Part shown: positions 62,540-64,000 of the stretch, in pieces
Layout: every line of letters begins with the position of its first letter
Position numbering within the stretch: position 1 is the first letter of the stretch
Assembly: GCF_963921235.1 (NCBI RefSeq)
Contig: NC_086108.1
Span: 80,416,001 to 80,480,000, forward strand
DNA from: Mobula hypostoma
Taxonomy: Eukaryota
Direction: 5' to 3'
DNA: 64,000 nucleotides
Made by a program: the position numbers and the translations under genes
The notes under the pieces: generated by a model
Database searches by the model: none
What the model was told of the DNA's origin: nothing
The model's input: only the letters and a program-made list of their open reading frames with translations

Positions 62540-63377
62540 ATCTACAAAAAAGATGTGCTGGCATTGGAGAGGGTTCAGAGGAGGTTCACAAGGATGATTC
62601 TGGGACTGAAAGGGTTATCATGTGAGGAACATTTGATGGCTCCGGGCCTGGACTCACTGGAATTTAGAAGTGGGGCGGAATCTCATTGAAACCTTTCGAA
62701 TGTTGAAAGACCTAGTAGATGTGGAAAGGATGTTTCTCATGGTGGGGGAGTCTAGGACAAGAGGACACAACTTCAGGATAGTGGGGTGTTCATTTAAAAC
62801 AGAGATGTGGAGAAATTTCTTTAGCCAGAGGGTGGTGAATTTGTGGAATTTGTTACCACAGGCAGCTGTGGAGGCCAGATCGTTGGGTATATTTAAGGCA
62901 GAGATTGATAGGTTCTTGATTGGACATGGCATCAAAGGTCACGGGGAGAAAGCAGGGAACTGGGGTTGAGGAGGAGAAAAAAAAGGATCAGCCATGATTG
63001 AATAGTGGAGCTGACTCAACAGGTCAAATGGCCTAATTCTGCTCCTATGTTTTATGTCTTATAGAAGAGTCCCCAGAAGAATCCTGCAGTGGTTGGGTTT
63101 AATGGTTGATAATTGTTCTGACAAGATGCCTCAGTACGAGTTTCACGTAAAATTTCCACATAAGGAAAGAATGATCAGCCCATACAGAAAAATCATGGAT
63201 TCTAGGTGCCCTTTATACTTGTTGATGCAGTCAGCTCAGGAAACTGCTTAAAAGGAAATCCTTTCTATTCAATGGATGAAACAAGAACTACTGCCCAAAA
63301 CAATGACTGAATACAAAAAAGCACAATCATCCTTCCATCAACCAGAAGGCAAGCAAAAGGAGACCAGTGTGCCACAA

Positions 63378-64000
63378 TTAGATTAGATTAGATTATGAGG
63401 ATATGCAGTCCTCTTTTATTGTCATTTAGAAATGCATGCATTAAGAAATGATACAATGTTCCTCCAGAATGATATCACAGAAACACAAGACAAACCAAGA
63501 CTAAAACAACTGACTAAAACCACATAATTATAACATATACCCTAAGTTGATAAAGAACAGACCATGGACACGGTAAAAAAAAGTCTCAAAGTCTCTCAAA
63601 AGTCCCATCATTTCACGCAGACGGTAGAAGGAGGAGAAACTCTCTTCCTGCCATGAACCGCCAGCACCACAAACTTGCCGATGCAGCACCCTGGAAGCAC
63701 CCGACCACAGCCGACTCTTGAGTCCGTCCGAAAACTTCGAGCCTCCGACCAACCCTCCAACACTGAGCACCGAGCACCAACTCTGCCGATTGCTTCGACC
63801 CTGGCCCCGGCAACAGGCAATAGGCAAAGCCGAGGATTTGGGGCCTTCCCCTCCGGAGATTCTCGATCGCACAGTAGCAATGGCAGAAAAGCAGGCATTT
63901 CAGAAGTTTCTCCAGATGTTCCTCTGTGCTTCTCACATCTGTCTCAATCAAATCAGGTACCTACTTAACAAATACAATATCATTTTGGAGTGGCCGCGCA
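63378..64000 (-). mobile_element. Non-coding element with (AATCT)n tail, probable non-autonomous non-LTR element, running to window end
   Basis: (TTAGA)n at about 63378-63395 followed by reverse AATAAA; CpG-rich body with no recognisable ORF. Confidence 0.6.

Larger units (their letters stand above)
59055..63061 (+). mobile_element. CR1 with near-intact ORF1 (zinc finger, coiled coil, SGNH esterase) and deleted ORF2, carrying two nested insertions
   Basis: ATG at 59055 reads MAVVCSSC..*..YICVDC in frame with ORF 59130-59981 (GDS, IGTND, DGLH); ORF2 remnants run to 62969; tail CTATGTTTTATGTCTTAT. Confidence 0.92.

Overview
Vertebrate genomic DNA, intronic or intergenic. The repeat repertoire points to a cartilaginous fish, probably a ray (inference). 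I recognised no host protein-coding gene. Much of the window is transposable-element debris: many CR1 LINEs (some with an SGNH-esterase ORF1, several nested), RTE, Rex1/Babar and L1/Tx1 LINE fragments, V-domain (HE1-like) and other tRNA-derived SINEs, a solo LTR, a Tc1 remnant, an hAT-type MITE, and many Penelope-like element (PLE) ends. The best signals are RNA structures and rearrangements. (1) A near-canonical HDV-like ribozyme fold with an extra hairpin in L3 heads an RTE-type 5' repeat (9553-9735). (2) At least six minimal type-I hammerhead ribozyme motifs lie in PLE termini; two sit head-to-head in a palindromic mini-element with a 15-bp target-site duplication (8874-9197). (3) Two CR1 copies carry short inverted copies of sequence found about 0.5 kb downstream. 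Repeat-poor islands look like conserved non-coding elements, and one holds a divergent CTCF motif pair. Element boundaries are approximate unless a TSD is given. Family names come from motif recognition, not database searches.
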